A DNA stretch of 64,000 nucleotides from an uncultured Acidobacteriota bacterium (GTDB lineage Bacteria > Acidobacteriota > Thermoanaerobaculia > Gp7-AA8). The position numbers were made by a program, and so were the translations under genes. The notes under the pieces are model-generated. The model was not told the origin of the DNA. It ran no database searches and saw only the letters and a program-made list of their open reading frames with translations. The stretch lies in contig CAWGHO010000001.1 of the NCBI GenBank assembly GCA_963822445.1, positions 64,001 through 128,000 of the forward strand. Direction: 5' to 3'. Shown piece after piece: positions 50,571 through 60,168 of this stretch (its first letter is position 1; each line of letters opens with the position of its first letter).

Positions 50571-51338
50571 TCAGCGGCGGTATGTCACGCGCAACTGAAG
50601 GTCGTCAAGCGGCTTCCCCTTCAGTTTTTCGAAGCGCTCCATGTCGTACTCCCAGACCAGCGTGTTCCCCTCTTTGCGCGTGGCGTTGTGGGAGACGATC
50701 GTGAACGGCGCGGTGATGCGGTAGACGACGCGCATGTTGCCGAACGCGTCCCGCACCAGCTTCTCCATCGCCGGATCGAGCTTCGGCGCATCGGCAGCCT
50801 GTTCCTTCACCGACTCCGCCGGATTCAGCGCCTTGCTGCGGAAGGTGATCGTGTCCCCCTTCTCGATCAGCTCGAGGCCTTCGAACGGCGAGTCGACGAT
50901 GTTCTTCTGCGTCGGGTCAGCGCCTTCCTTCGACGGGAACTTCACACCGACGAGGTTATTGATGCGATCGAAGGCGAACTTGAAGTCGGAGACGACCCCG
51001 AACTCCTTCTCGGTGAACTTCATGTCCAGGAGGTCGACGCCTTTCGGCAGCCCTTTTTTGACTTCCTCGCGCGACGGCGGCTCACCCGGACCACTCCCCG
51101 ACTTCGACTTCTTGAACTCGGCCTTCGCCTTGGCCAGCTCCGCGGCGGTGAGCGGCCCTTTCTTGCCTTCCATTTCTTTGGCGAACTGCGCCATCACCAC
51201 GACCATCGGCTCGAGGTCGACGCCGAGGCGGAAGTCGGCCGTGCCGGAGAGATTTTTCTGGAGGTTGATCGACTGCTCGATCTCGAAGCAGCCGGCCGTG
51301 AACAGAAGAAGAACGAGAGCAAACGCTGTTTTTTTCAT
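50571..51338 (-). CDS. Hypothetical lipoprotein
   Basis: Lipobox FTAGC; coupled to leuS. Confidence 0.75.
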   Translation of the reverse strand: MKKTAFALVLLLFTAGCFEIEQSINLQKNLSGTADFRLGVDLEPMVVVMAQFAKEMEGKKGPLTAAELAKAKAEFKKSKSGSGPGEPPSREEVKKGLPKGVDLLDMKFTEKEFGVVSDFKFAFDRINNLVGVKFPSKEGADPTQKNIVDSPFEGLELIEKGDTITFRSKALNPAESVKEQAADAPKLDPAMEKLVRDAFGNMRVVYRITAPFTIVSHNATRKEGNTLVWEYDMERFEKLKGKPLDDLQLRVTYRR

Positions 51339-53827
51339 CGCACCACCACGTTGACCAGTTTCCCCGGGACGTAGATTTTCTTGACGACTTCCTTGCCGGT
51401 CACCCACTGCTGGATCTTGTCGTTTGCGGCCACTGCATCCATGACCTGCTGCTCGCTGGGCGGCGCCGGAACTTCGACCTGTCCGCGCAGCTTACCGTTG
51501 ATCTGCACCGCGATCACGACGACGTCTTCCTGCATCAGCGCGCGATCGGCCACGGGCCATTTCGCCGTCAACAGAAATCCCTCGTTCCCCAGCATCGACC
51601 ACAACTCCTCGGTGATGTGAGGCGCAAACGGATGGAGCAGCTTGAGCAGCACCTCGTACGGCTCGCGCGATGGTGCTTCGCCGAGGGTGTTCGAGAACTC
51701 CATCAGCGCGGAGATGGCCGTGTTGAACTCGAACCGCTCGATGCGCGAGGTCACCGCGTCGATGGTCTGGTGCATCTTGCGGATCACGTCCGGCGATGAC
51801 TCGCCGCCTAGGCGCGTGCCCATGTTCCAGACCCGGCCGAGGAATCGCGATGCGCCGACCACGCCCTCGTCCGACCAGGCCGCTTCTTTTTCGGGTGGCG
51901 CAATGAACAGGGTGTAGACGCGCTCCGTGTCGGCGCCATAGCGCTCGATCAGCTCGTCCGGCGGCACGACATTGAGGCGCGACTTCGACATCTTCGTCAC
52001 CTCGGCCGTGAGCAGCTCCTCGCCGCGATACGGCTTGTCGCCCTTCCACTCCACTTCGGCGGGCGATACCCACGAGCCGTGCGCGTCCTTGTAGCCTTCC
52101 TTGGTGATGACGCCCTGATTGAACAGGCGGGTGAAGGGCTCCTCGAAATCGATCAGCCCCATGTCGTGAATCGTGCGGGTGATGAACCGCGCGTAGAGCA
52201 GATGAAGGATGGCGTGCTCGATGCCGCCGATGTACTGATCGACCGGGAGCCAACGATTGGCCAGGGCCGGGTCGAAGATCTTCTCGTCGTCGCGCGGGGT
52301 GATGAAGCGGAGGAAGTACCAGGACGAGTCGACGAACGTATCCATCGTGTCGGTCTCGCGCCGCGCGGCACCGCTGCATTGCGGACAGGTCGCGTTGACG
52401 AAGGCCTCGTGCTTCGCGAGGGGGTTGCCTTCCCGGCCGGTGAACGGGACGTCCAGCGGCAACGTCACCGGCAGTTGGTCCTCGGACACGGGCTGCAGGC
52501 CGCAGCGATCGCAGTACAGCATCGGGATGGGCGTGCCCCAGTAGCGCTGCCGGGAGATCAGCCAGTCGCGCAGACGGTAGCGCACCGTGCCCTTCCCGAT
52601 CCCCCGCTCTTCGATGATGGCGATGATCTCCTCGATGGCCTGCGGCACCGGGAGACCGGTGATGGGGCCGGAGTCGACGCTGACGCCGGTGTCGTCTTTG
52701 AAGGTGAACGCCTCGTCGAGCGCGTCGAGCTTTTCGCCTGAAGCGGGACCGACCACCACGCGAATGGGCAGGTCGTACTGCTTCGCGAATTCGAAATCGC
52801 GCTGATCGTGCGCGGGGACGGACATGATCGCGCCCGTCCCGTACTGCGGCAGCACGAAGTTCCCCAGCCAGATCGGGATCTCTTCCTCGGTGAACGGATT
52901 GATCGCGTACTTGCCGGTGAACTTCCCTTCCTTCCCCGCTTCCTGCCGCTCCAGCGCGCTCTGATTGCGCACGCCGGTGATCCACTCCTCGATCTCCGCG
53001 CGATCGGGATGCTCGGCGATGAGCGTGGCCACGTCGGGATGCTCCGGCGCGAGGACCATGAACGTCGCGCCGTAGATCGTGTCGGGCCGCGTGGTGAAGA
53101 TGCGGATCGGCTTGTTCAGCGCCGGCATCGGAAACTCGACGTCGGCGCCCAGCGAGCGGCCGATCCAGTTCCGCTGCATCAGCTTCACCTTCTCCGGCCA
53201 GTGCTCGAGCGTGTCCAGACCGGCATCGAGCCGGTCCGCGTAATCGGTGATTTTGAAGAACCACTGCGAAAGCTCGCGCTGTTCGACCAGCGCGCCGCAC
53301 CGCTCGCAGCGGCCGTCGACGACCTGCTCGTTTGCCAGGACTGTCTGGTCCTGGGGGCACCAGTTCACGGGCGCCGTTCCGCGGTACGCGAGACCGCGCT
53401 TGTAGAGCTGGAGGAAGAGCCACTGGTTCCAGCGGTAGTACTCGGGCTCGCAGGAGGCGATCTCTTTCGACCAGTCGTAGAGGATCCCCCAGCGCGCGAA
53501 CTGCCGCTTCATCCGCTCGATGTTGGCCAGCGTCCAGGGCCGCGGATGCGTCCGGTTCTTGATCGCGGCGTTTTCCGCGGGCAGACCGAACGCGTCCCAG
53601 CCCATCGGGTTGAGCGCGGCGCGGCCCTGCATGCGGAAGTAGCGGTAGACGGCGTCGCCGAGGATGTAGTTGCGGCCGTGTCCGACATGGAGGTCGCCGG
53701 ACGGATAGGGAAACATGTTCAGCATGTAGAGCTTGTCACCGGGGGCGCGGACGTCTATTTCGGCCACGCGCGCTTCGGCCCAGCGTTGTTGCCATTTCGG
53801 TTCGATTTCGGTGGGGCTGTATTGCAT
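51335..53827 (-). CDS. leuS: Leucine--tRNA ligase
   Basis: PYPSGDLHVGH, RDWLISRQRYWG, KMSKS. Confidence 0.97.
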   Translation of the reverse strand: MQYSPTEIEPKWQQRWAEARVAEIDVRAPGDKLYMLNMFPYPSGDLHVGHGRNYILGDAVYRYFRMQGRAALNPMGWDAFGLPAENAAIKNRTHPRPWTLANIERMKRQFARWGILYDWSKEIASCEPEYYRWNQWLFLQLYKRGLAYRGTAPVNWCPQDQTVLANEQVVDGRCERCGALVEQRELSQWFFKITDYADRLDAGLDTLEHWPEKVKLMQRNWIGRSLGADVEFPMPALNKPIRIFTTRPDTIYGATFMVLAPEHPDVATLIAEHPDRAEIEEWITGVRNQSALERQEAGKEGKFTGKYAINPFTEEEIPIWLGNFVLPQYGTGAIMSVPAHDQRDFEFAKQYDLPIRVVVGPASGEKLDALDEAFTFKDDTGVSVDSGPITGLPVPQAIEEIIAIIEERGIGKGTVRYRLRDWLISRQRYWGTPIPMLYCDRCGLQPVSEDQLPVTLPLDVPFTGREGNPLAKHEAFVNATCPQCSGAARRETDTMDTFVDSSWYFLRFITPRDDEKIFDPALANRWLPVDQYIGGIEHAILHLLYARFITRTIHDMGLIDFEEPFTRLFNQGVITKEGYKDAHGSWVSPAEVEWKGDKPYRGEELLTAEVTKMSKSRLNVVPPDELIERYGADTERVYTLFIAPPEKEAAWSDEGVVGASRFLGRVWNMGTRLGGESSPDVIRKMHQTIDAVTSRIERFEFNTAISALMEFSNTLGEAPSREPYEVLLKLLHPFAPHITEELWSMLGNEGFLLTAKWPVADRALMQEDVVVIAVQINGKLRGQVEVPAPPSEQQVMDAVAANDKIQQWVTGKEVVKKIYVPGKLVNVVVR

Positions 53828-53859
53828 AGGGAGGGGGAGTATAGCGAGCGAATATACTG

Positions 53860-55488
53860 ATGACTCCCGTGCGACTCCTCGCCGTGCTGCTGTTTCTGTC
53901 CGCCTCGCTATCGGCGCAGACGCTGAGCGAGACATTCGAGGTTCACGTCCTCGAAGTCGAAGCGGTCGTTCTCGATCGCGATGGCGAGCCCGTTCGCGGC
54001 CTGACCCGCGCCGACTTCGAAGTGAAGATCGACGGACAACCGGTCGACATCTCGAACTTCTACGCCGTCGATCGCGGCGGAATCGTCGATGAGACACCGG
54101 ACCCCGCGGGAAGCGAATCCGACAACCGCATTCCGACGCGCCTCGTGGTCGTGTTCGACGACCTCCACCTCCGCCAGGCCGGCCGCAAACGCGCTCTCGA
54201 TGCGCTCAAGAATTACGTGCAGTCGTCGATGGACGAGAAAACGACGACGATGCTCATCCGCTGGAACGGGACCATGCGGACGCGCGTGGAGTCGAGCGGC
54301 GATGCCCGCACGCTGATGCGCGCGATCGGCGAGCTGGAGCGCGAAACCGCGCTGCTCCTGCACGCCGACTCCGAGCGGCGCCGGGTGATGCGCCAGATCG
54401 ACGACGTCATCCTCCATCCCGTCCCCGGCTATCAGGACACCCAGGCCACGATCGCGCTGCGCGCCGCGGTGCGTTACGTGGAAGAGCGGACGCGCGACGC
54501 GGAGAACACGATGAAGGCGCTGTCGTCGCTGATCTCGCTGCTCTCCGGCTTCGAAGGGCGGAAGACCCTGCTCTTCATCTCCGAATCGATGCCGCAGCAG
54601 CCGGGCGTGGAAGTCCTCAACTACGCGCGGCAGGTCCTGACCCGCAATCCCGTGTTCGGATTCGACCTCGAGCGCGAATCAGGCGGCGCCGCCCTCAGCG
54701 ACTTCCGGTACGACCAGGGCAATGCCTTCCGCGAGCTGGTGTCGCTGGCCCAGAGCGCGGGGGTGGTGTTCTCGTCGCTCGATCCCGGCGGCGTGCGCGC
54801 GAATGAAGGAACCGGCGCCGAGTACGCGACCGGACTGGGGCAGCTGGACGCGCTCTTCATCCGCGGCAACGATTCCTCCGGCGCGCGAATGATCGCGAAC
54901 GAGACCGGCGGCCGCTACGTCTCGAATCAGAACGACCTGAAGAACGCCATCGCCATCCTCACCGACGACGTGACGACGTACTACTCGATCGGCGTCCGCC
55001 CGCAGGATCGGAAGCGGGTCGTGAATGTGTCGGTGCGCGTGCGCGGACGCGATGATCTGCGCGTTCTCACGCCGCGCCGGCGCGACGTCACCTCCGGTCA
55101 CGAAGCAATCGCCTCCGCGATCCGCGCCCGCCTCTACTCACGCGAAGAAACGAACCCCCTCGGCATCCGCCTGTCCGTCGGCACACCCTGGCCTCGCGGC
55201 CAGCGTTGCGTAGCATCGATCGGGATCACCGTGCCGACCGCGAAGCTCGCTCCCATTTCCGGGAACGAGATCGCCGTTCACGCGATGGTGGTCGATGACC
55301 GCGGCAAGGAGTCGAAGGTGCGCAGCAGCACGCACGCGATCAACACCGCCGGCGAGTCGACGTCGATTCCCATCGAGTTCGGTCTGAACGCCCGGCGCTA
55401 TGTGATGTCGTTCGCCATCATCGACAAGATGACCGGCGAGACGAGCTACATGCAGGGCTCGATCGACGCGTCGGTCTGCGGACGCTGA
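53860..55488 (+). CDS. Secreted VWA-domain protein (Acidobacteria type)
   Basis: VLDRDGEPVRGLTRADF, GRKTLLFISE, IANETGG, YYSIG. Confidence 0.85.
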   Translation: MTPVRLLAVLLFLSASLSAQTLSETFEVHVLEVEAVVLDRDGEPVRGLTRADFEVKIDGQPVDISNFYAVDRGGIVDETPDPAGSESDNRIPTRLVVVFDDLHLRQAGRKRALDALKNYVQSSMDEKTTTMLIRWNGTMRTRVESSGDARTLMRAIGELERETALLLHADSERRRVMRQIDDVILHPVPGYQDTQATIALRAAVRYVEERTRDAENTMKALSSLISLLSGFEGRKTLLFISESMPQQPGVEVLNYARQVLTRNPVFGFDLERESGGAALSDFRYDQGNAFRELVSLAQSAGVVFSSLDPGGVRANEGTGAEYATGLGQLDALFIRGNDSSGARMIANETGGRYVSNQNDLKNAIAILTDDVTTYYSIGVRPQDRKRVVNVSVRVRGRDDLRVLTPRRRDVTSGHEAIASAIRARLYSREETNPLGIRLSVGTPWPRGQRCVASIGITVPTAKLAPISGNEIAVHAMVVDDRGKESKVRSSTHAINTAGESTSIPIEFGLNARRYVMSFAIIDKMTGETSYMQGSIDASVCGR

Positions 55489-55489
55489 C

Positions 55490-56030
55490 ATGCATCCCGA
55501 GCAGCAACGCGCGCTCGACTACCTCGCGCGAAAAGGGACGAACGCGACGGTCGAGGAATTGCGGCAGCAGGTTCGCCATGCCTTCAGCGCGATCGAGGCG
55601 GAGCTGGACGCCGTGACGTATGGATGTGCGCGACACCGCGCCGGCTCCCGGGAAATGGTCGCCTCATCAGATCCTCGATCATCTGATCCTGAGCCACGGC
55701 CCGGCGATGCCTCAACTGGCGAGCCTGCTCGCGGGAATCACTCCCGAAGGTGTGGCCATCCCCGCCGATCTCGACACACCTCCTCATCTGCTGAAGTCGT
55801 GGGAGGAGCTCCGCGCGCAACTCGGCGCGATTCACGCGGAGATCCAGGACCTGATCGCTCGCGCGGATGACAACGTGTCCCTCGAGCCGAAGGCGCTCAT
55901 CGAGATGGTGGTGAAGGTCGACGGCCAGCCCGTGCACTGGCACGCCGAGGTGGACTGGAAGGCGTTCGTGCAGGGCATCCGGGTGCATGTGCTCGAGCAT
56001 CGGGAGCAGCTGCGGCGGACAATCGGTTGA
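55490..56030 (+). CDS. DinB-family protein; apparent frameshift near 55620
   Basis: PAPGKWSPHQILDH and HVLEH in a second frame; N-terminus in the frame starting at 55490. Confidence 0.65.
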
Positions 56031-56043
56031 CCCATAAGGACTG

Positions 56044-56062
56044 GTATGACTTATCATCATAC
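56044..56062. promoter_or_regulatory. Probable autoregulatory operator of the TA module
   Basis: GTATGA-N7-TCATAC immediately upstream of the RHH antitoxin. Confidence 0.55.
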
Positions 56063-56064
56063 TC

Positions 56065-56304
56065 ATGGGTAAGGCCAAGATCGCCATCACCGTAGACGAG
56101 CAGGCGCTCGCCGAAATCGACCGTCTCGTTGAACAGGGCGTGTTTCCCAACCGAAGCAAGGCCATCGAGGATGCGGTTCAGGATCGAATTGCGAAGCTGC
56201 ATCGATCGCGGCTCGCCCGTGAGTGCGCAAAGCTGGATGTAAGCGAGGAGCAGGCTCTGGCAGACGAAGGTTATGCCGGCGAGACTGAATGGCCAGAATA
56301 CTGA
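56065..56304 (+). CDS. Ribbon-helix-helix antitoxin
   Basis: KIAITVD...[10 protein letters not shown]; overlaps the toxin gene. Confidence 0.85.
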   Translation: MGKAKIAITVDEQALAEIDRLVEQGVFPNRSKAIEDAVQDRIAKLHRSRLARECAKLDVSEEQALADEGYAGETEWPEY

Positions 56305-56627
56305 GGGGAGAAATCTACTGGGCTGGGCTCAACCCCGCTGTTGGGCACGAACAAGGCGGACAGCGTCCCGTTCTCGTCCTCAGTCACGATGTCTTCAACG
56401 ACCGGTCCGGGATCGTCATTGCCATCGCCATCACCAGTCAGCAGCCCAAAGCGGGATTTCCGCTCACGCTGGAGATCACGACGGCGAAGTTGCCGAAACG
56501 CTCATGGGCTCGAATCGGGCAGATACGCACGCTTTCAGTCGAGCGACTTGGCAAGCGGATGGCGCGCATCGCCCCTGAAGAGTTGGAACGGATCGTCGAA
56601 GGACTCAACGAGATCATCGCCGACTAG
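56289..56627 (+). CDS. mazF: PemK/MazF-family endoribonuclease toxin
   Basis: [31 protein letters not shown]. Confidence 0.92.
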   Translation: MARILRGEIYWAGLNPAVGHEQGGQRPVLVLSHDVFNDRSGIVIAIAITSQQPKAGFPLTLEITTAKLPKRSWARIGQIRTLSVERLGKRMARIAPEELERIVEGLNEIIAD

Positions 56628-57064
56628 TTCCCCTCATACACAAACGTCGCCGGCCCATCATTCTCCAGGCTGACCACCATCATTTCCCGGAAGCGTCCCG
56701 TCTTCACCTCGATGCCGGTCGACGCGAGATCGGCGAGGAAGAGGTCGAAGAGCTCGCGGGCGCGGTTGGGCTCTTCGGCGTTGTCGAAGCTCGGGCGGCG
56801 GCCGCGGGCGAGTGAGCCGGCCAGGGTGAATTGGGACACGGCCAGAATCGCGCCGCCGCTTTCGGCCACGTCGTGGTTCATCTTCCCCGCGTCGTCGCTG
56901 AAGATGCGCAGCTCGCGGATCTTCTTTGCCGCGTCGCACATGGTCTGCTCGGTGTCCCCTTTTTGGACGGCGGCGAGGATCAGGAGACCGGCGCCGATCT
57001 CCGAGACGACCTCCTCGCCGACGGTCACGGAAGCGCGGCGAACGCGCTGAATCACGCACTTCAT
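56624..57064 (-). CDS. dtd: D-aminoacyl-tRNA deacylase
   Basis: VSQFTL, GRRPSF, NDGP. Confidence 0.95.
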   Translation of the reverse strand: MKCVIQRVRRASVTVGEEVVSEIGAGLLILAAVQKGDTEQTMCDAAKKIRELRIFSDDAGKMNHDVAESGGAILAVSQFTLAGSLARGRRPSFDNAEEPNRARELFDLFLADLASTGIEVKTGRFREMMVVSLENDGPATFVYEGN

Positions 57065-57181
57065 CGGGACCGATTCTACCGGCCGTAGAAAACGCTTCCC
57101 TGGCGCACGGCAGCAGTTAGAATCCGCCATTCCACGCTGCGCCGCTTCCCTCCACACGAAGCGCGAAGGAGAAATCACCAC

Positions 57182-57616
57182 ATGATCAACAAAGTCATTC
57201 TGGTCGGGCGTCTGGGAAAGGATCCCGAGATCCGCTCCACACCCCAGGGCACCTCGGTCGCCAAGTTTTCGCTGGCCACCGACGAGAAGTTCACCGACCG
57301 CGCCGGCGAGAAGCAGGAGCGGACCGAGTGGCACAACATCGTGGCCTGGGGAAAGCTCGGCGAGATCTGCGGCCAGTACCTGAAGAAGGGCAAGCTCGTC
57401 TACATCGAGGGCTCGATCCGCACCGACAGCTGGGACGACAAGGAGTCGGGCCAGAAGAAGTACCGCACCGAGATCGTGGCCAGAGACATGAAGATGCTCG
57501 ACCGCCGCGATGAAGCCGGCGGAGGCGGTGGCGGCTACAGCTCGTCCCGCGGCGCCGGCAAGTCCGCTCCGTCCGGCGGCGACATGATGGAGGACGACGA
57601 GGAAGTGCCGTTTTAA
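57182..57616 (+). CDS. ssb: Single-stranded DNA-binding protein
   Basis: [16 protein letters not shown]; acidic DDEEVPF tail. Confidence 0.97.
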   Translation: MINKVILVGRLGKDPEIRSTPQGTSVAKFSLATDEKFTDRAGEKQERTEWHNIVAWGKLGEICGQYLKKGKLVYIEGSIRTDSWDDKESGQKKYRTEIVARDMKMLDRRDEAGGGGGGYSSSRGAGKSAPSGGDMMEDDEEVPF

Positions 57617-57621
57617 GAAAT

Positions 57622-57715
57622 GGTTGCTGAGTTGCTGGGTTGCTAGGTTGCTGAGTTAGAAGCAAGCGACTCGGCGGAGCACCCAGCAACTCAGCAACCG
57701 AGCAACTCAGCAACC
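57622..57715. repeat. Inverted octamer microsatellite hairpin
   Basis: Four GTTGCTGA-type units, a ~23-nt spacer, then four TCAGCAAC-type units. Confidence 0.9.
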
Positions 57716-57719
57716 CACA

Positions 57720-58907
57720 ATGATCAAACTCCTCCCCCTCCTCCTCACCCTCGCCGCCGCCCTCCCCTCTCTCGCCGAGCCTGCGTGGATCAACGTCGAC
57801 TCGAAGATTTATGCGCGCGAGCGGAGTGTGTTGCTCAGCCTTCCCAAGTCGTACATGGCCGGCGGGAAGCGCTATCCGGTGCTGTACGTCACGGATGCGA
57901 CGCAGCAGGGACTGCACACGGCGGCGACGGTGGAGGCGCTGAGCGCGATCGGGCGGATGCCGGAGATGATCGTCATCGGCGTGTGGCATCAGGACCGGAT
58001 CAACGAGCTGACGCCGACCAGGGTCCCCCAGGCGACGGTCGACGGCGATGTCCTCCGCTTTCCGACGAGCGGCGGCGCGGCGAAGCTCCTCGCCTTCCTC
58101 GAGACCGAGCTCATTCCGGAGATCGATAAGCGCTACCGCACCGAGCCCTTTCGCATTCTCGGGGGGCACTCGTACGGCGGCATGTTCGCGCTCGACGCGC
58201 TCTTCACGAATCCGAAACTCTTCAACACCGTCATCGCCATCAGCCCGACGGTGTGGTGGGACAACAAATACATCCTTCGCCGCGCGCAGCAGTTCGTGCA
58301 GGCGAATCCCGAGGTGAAGTCGACGATCGCCCTTGCCGTCGGGAAAGAGTCCGCGTCGATGAACGCCGGCTTCGAAGAACTGAAGGCCGTCTTCACCCAG
58401 CCGCCGAAGAGCACGTCCGTGCACACGTTCTACTTCGAGAACGAGGATCACTTCAGCACGCCGATCCCGGCGACGTACTCCGCGCTGCGCAAGATCTTCG
58501 CGCCCTGGCTCTTCAAGATCGAATCGCCTGATGACCCGATGAAGCTGTGGGCGCGCGCGCAGGCTCACGCGCAGGAGCTGAGCAAGCAATACGGCTACCG
58601 CGTGGGTGTCGCCGAGGACACGGCGAACGAGATCGGATACATCCTTCTTCGCGCAAGGCGGTTCGAACAGGCTCTGGAAGTCTTCCAGGCAAACGTCGCC
58701 GCGAATCCCGCCTCGGCCAACGCGTACGACAGCCTCGGCGACATGTACAACGCCGCCGGCGACACGCAGAAGGCCTGGCAGAACTACGAGCGCGCCGTGG
58801 CGCTGGCCAAGAGCAGCAAGGATCCGCTCCTCGGTGCGTTCGAACAGAAGCTGGCCGATTTCAAGCGACGCAATCCGGCGATGTTTCCGCCGCAGATCCG
58901 GCGGTAG
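57720..58907 (+). CDS. Secreted alpha/beta hydrolase (IroE/Fes-like esterase) with TPR
   Basis: YPVLYVTD, GHSYGG nucleophile elbow, NAYDSLGD. Confidence 0.85.
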   Translation: MIKLLPLLLTLAAALPSLAEPAWINVDSKIYARERSVLLSLPKSYMAGGKRYPVLYVTDATQQGLHTAATVEALSAIGRMPEMIVIGVWHQDRINELTPTRVPQATVDGDVLRFPTSGGAAKLLAFLETELIPEIDKRYRTEPFRILGGHSYGGMFALDALFTNPKLFNTVIAISPTVWWDNKYILRRAQQFVQANPEVKSTIALAVGKESASMNAGFEELKAVFTQPPKSTSVHTFYFENEDHFSTPIPATYSALRKIFAPWLFKIESPDDPMKLWARAQAHAQELSKQYGYRVGVAEDTANEIGYILLRARRFEQALEVFQANVAANPASANAYDSLGDMYNAAGDTQKAWQNYERAVALAKSSKDPLLGAFEQKLADFKRRNPAMFPPQIRR

Positions 58908-58910
58908 CGG

Positions 58911-59420
58911 CTAGACCCGGTACCGCTCGCGCAACACCTTCAGATGGTGCCGCTCGTGGCCGGCGATGATGAACGCCAGCGCGCACACGGTGACCGGGCT
59001 GTTGTTCGCGGTGCCGCGGCGATTCCAGTCCTCCTCGCGGAGGTTACGGAAGAAGACGATGTTCGCGCGGCGATTCAGCGCGTACAGCTCGGCCAGGTCG
59101 CCGATCTTCCAGTCGTCGAAGTTCGCGTTCTTCATGTACTCGTTCTCATCGAACCCCGGCAGCGAGCTCTGATCGCCGCGGGCGATGCACAAGGCCCGGT
59201 AGCCGAAGACGCGCTCGGCATCGGTGACGTGGCCGAACACTTCCTTCACGCTCCACTTCCCTTCGGCATACCGATACGCGCCACGGGCATCGTCGATCGA
59301 GGCCATGAGCTTCTGCGTCTCCGACGACTGCGTCTCGATCACCGAGAGCACATCCTCCTCGGGCACGAGCGAGACGTAGTTCGCGTAGAACGAGGCGTAG
59401 TCGGTCGGCTCTGGTCGCAT
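58911..59420 (-). CDS. DinB-family protein
   Basis: YAEGKWSVKEVFGHVTDAER; GHERHH. Confidence 0.88.
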   Translation of the reverse strand: MRPEPTDYASFYANYVSLVPEEDVLSVIETQSSETQKLMASIDDARGAYRYAEGKWSVKEVFGHVTDAERVFGYRALCIARGDQSSLPGFDENEYMKNANFDDWKIGDLAELYALNRRANIVFFRNLREEDWNRRGTANNSPVTVCALAFIIAGHERHHLKVLRERYRV

Positions 59421-59425
59421 GGGCG

Positions 59426-59800
59426 TCAGTCTAATCGGATGAAGGTCTTGTAGTGATCGCGGGTGTACCAGGTTTCACCGTTCCGACCCTTCACCACGCG
59501 GCGTGCTCCGCGATTCTTCGCGCCGGGCGTGGGGACGGTGTACTCGCGGTAATAACCGTTCGGTTGCTGGGGCAGACGGCGCTCGCGATTGCCGAATGTC
59601 GCGCCGTCCTGCCGGTAGGGAAACGGACCCCCGCGATCGATGAGGGCCAGGGTTGCGTCGAGTTGGGTCTGTTCGTCGCTGCGCACCTCGGTGCGCTGCT
59701 GCGGGCGGTCCGGCGATTCCGTTTTGCCGTTCCACCACGCGACGATCGCGACGGCGATGACCACGGCCAGGGCTGCGAGAGGGCTGGTTTTTCTTCGCAT
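59426..59800 (-). CDS. Guanyl-specific ribonuclease (RNase Sa/barnase-like)
   Basis: FGNRERRLP, YYREYTV, RGARR, YTRDHY. Confidence 0.9.
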   Translation of the reverse strand: MRRKTSPLAALAVVIAVAIVAWWNGKTESPDRPQQRTEVRSDEQTQLDATLALIDRGGPFPYRQDGATFGNRERRLPQQPNGYYREYTVPTPGAKNRGARRVVKGRNGETWYTRDHYKTFIRLD

Positions 59801-60162
59801 CACCAGACGAACACGAGATGGATGTCGGATTCGCAGTCCTGCGCCGCGGAAAGCCAGGCGTCGACGAGCATCCCCGCCACGGAAGGCGCATCGCGCCACA
59901 GACTCGCCGCGTCGTGGACGAGGAGCACGACGTCGCTGTCGACCTCGCGCAGGCACTCGTCGAAGGCGTCCCAGTTGTGGCCGAAGTAGTCGGGAAACTG
60001 GAGTGCCGAGGCGAGGGACCGGAAGAGGTCTTCCTCGCTTGCCCAGCCGCGGATCTCGCGCACGACGTCCCCGGCATCGGCGCGCAGTGCCGCCGCCGAT
60101 TCACCCGTCGCGAAATGCACCGGCAACGCGCCGACGATCATCGGCGGGGAGGGTAACACCAA
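59800..60162 (-). CDS. Barstar-family inhibitor
   Basis: LQFPDYFGHNWDAFDECL. Confidence 0.88.
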   Translation of the reverse strand: MVLPSPPMIVGALPVHFATGESAAALRADAGDVVREIRGWASEEDLFRSLASALQFPDYFGHNWDAFDECLREVDSDVVLLVHDAASLWRDAPSVAGMLVDAWLSAAQDCESDIHLVFVW

Positions 60163-60168
60163 CGAGCG

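Noticed and set aside
56065-56627. RHH-MazF module as novel
   Set aside because: It is a canonical type II toxin-antitoxin system.
46120-57715. Short repeat arrays as CRISPR
   Set aside because: The units are 7-8 bp, tandem and inverted, with no unique spacers and no cas genes.
59426-60162. RNase-barstar pair as a novel toxin-immunity system
   Set aside because: It is a well-known family pairing with nothing unusual visible.
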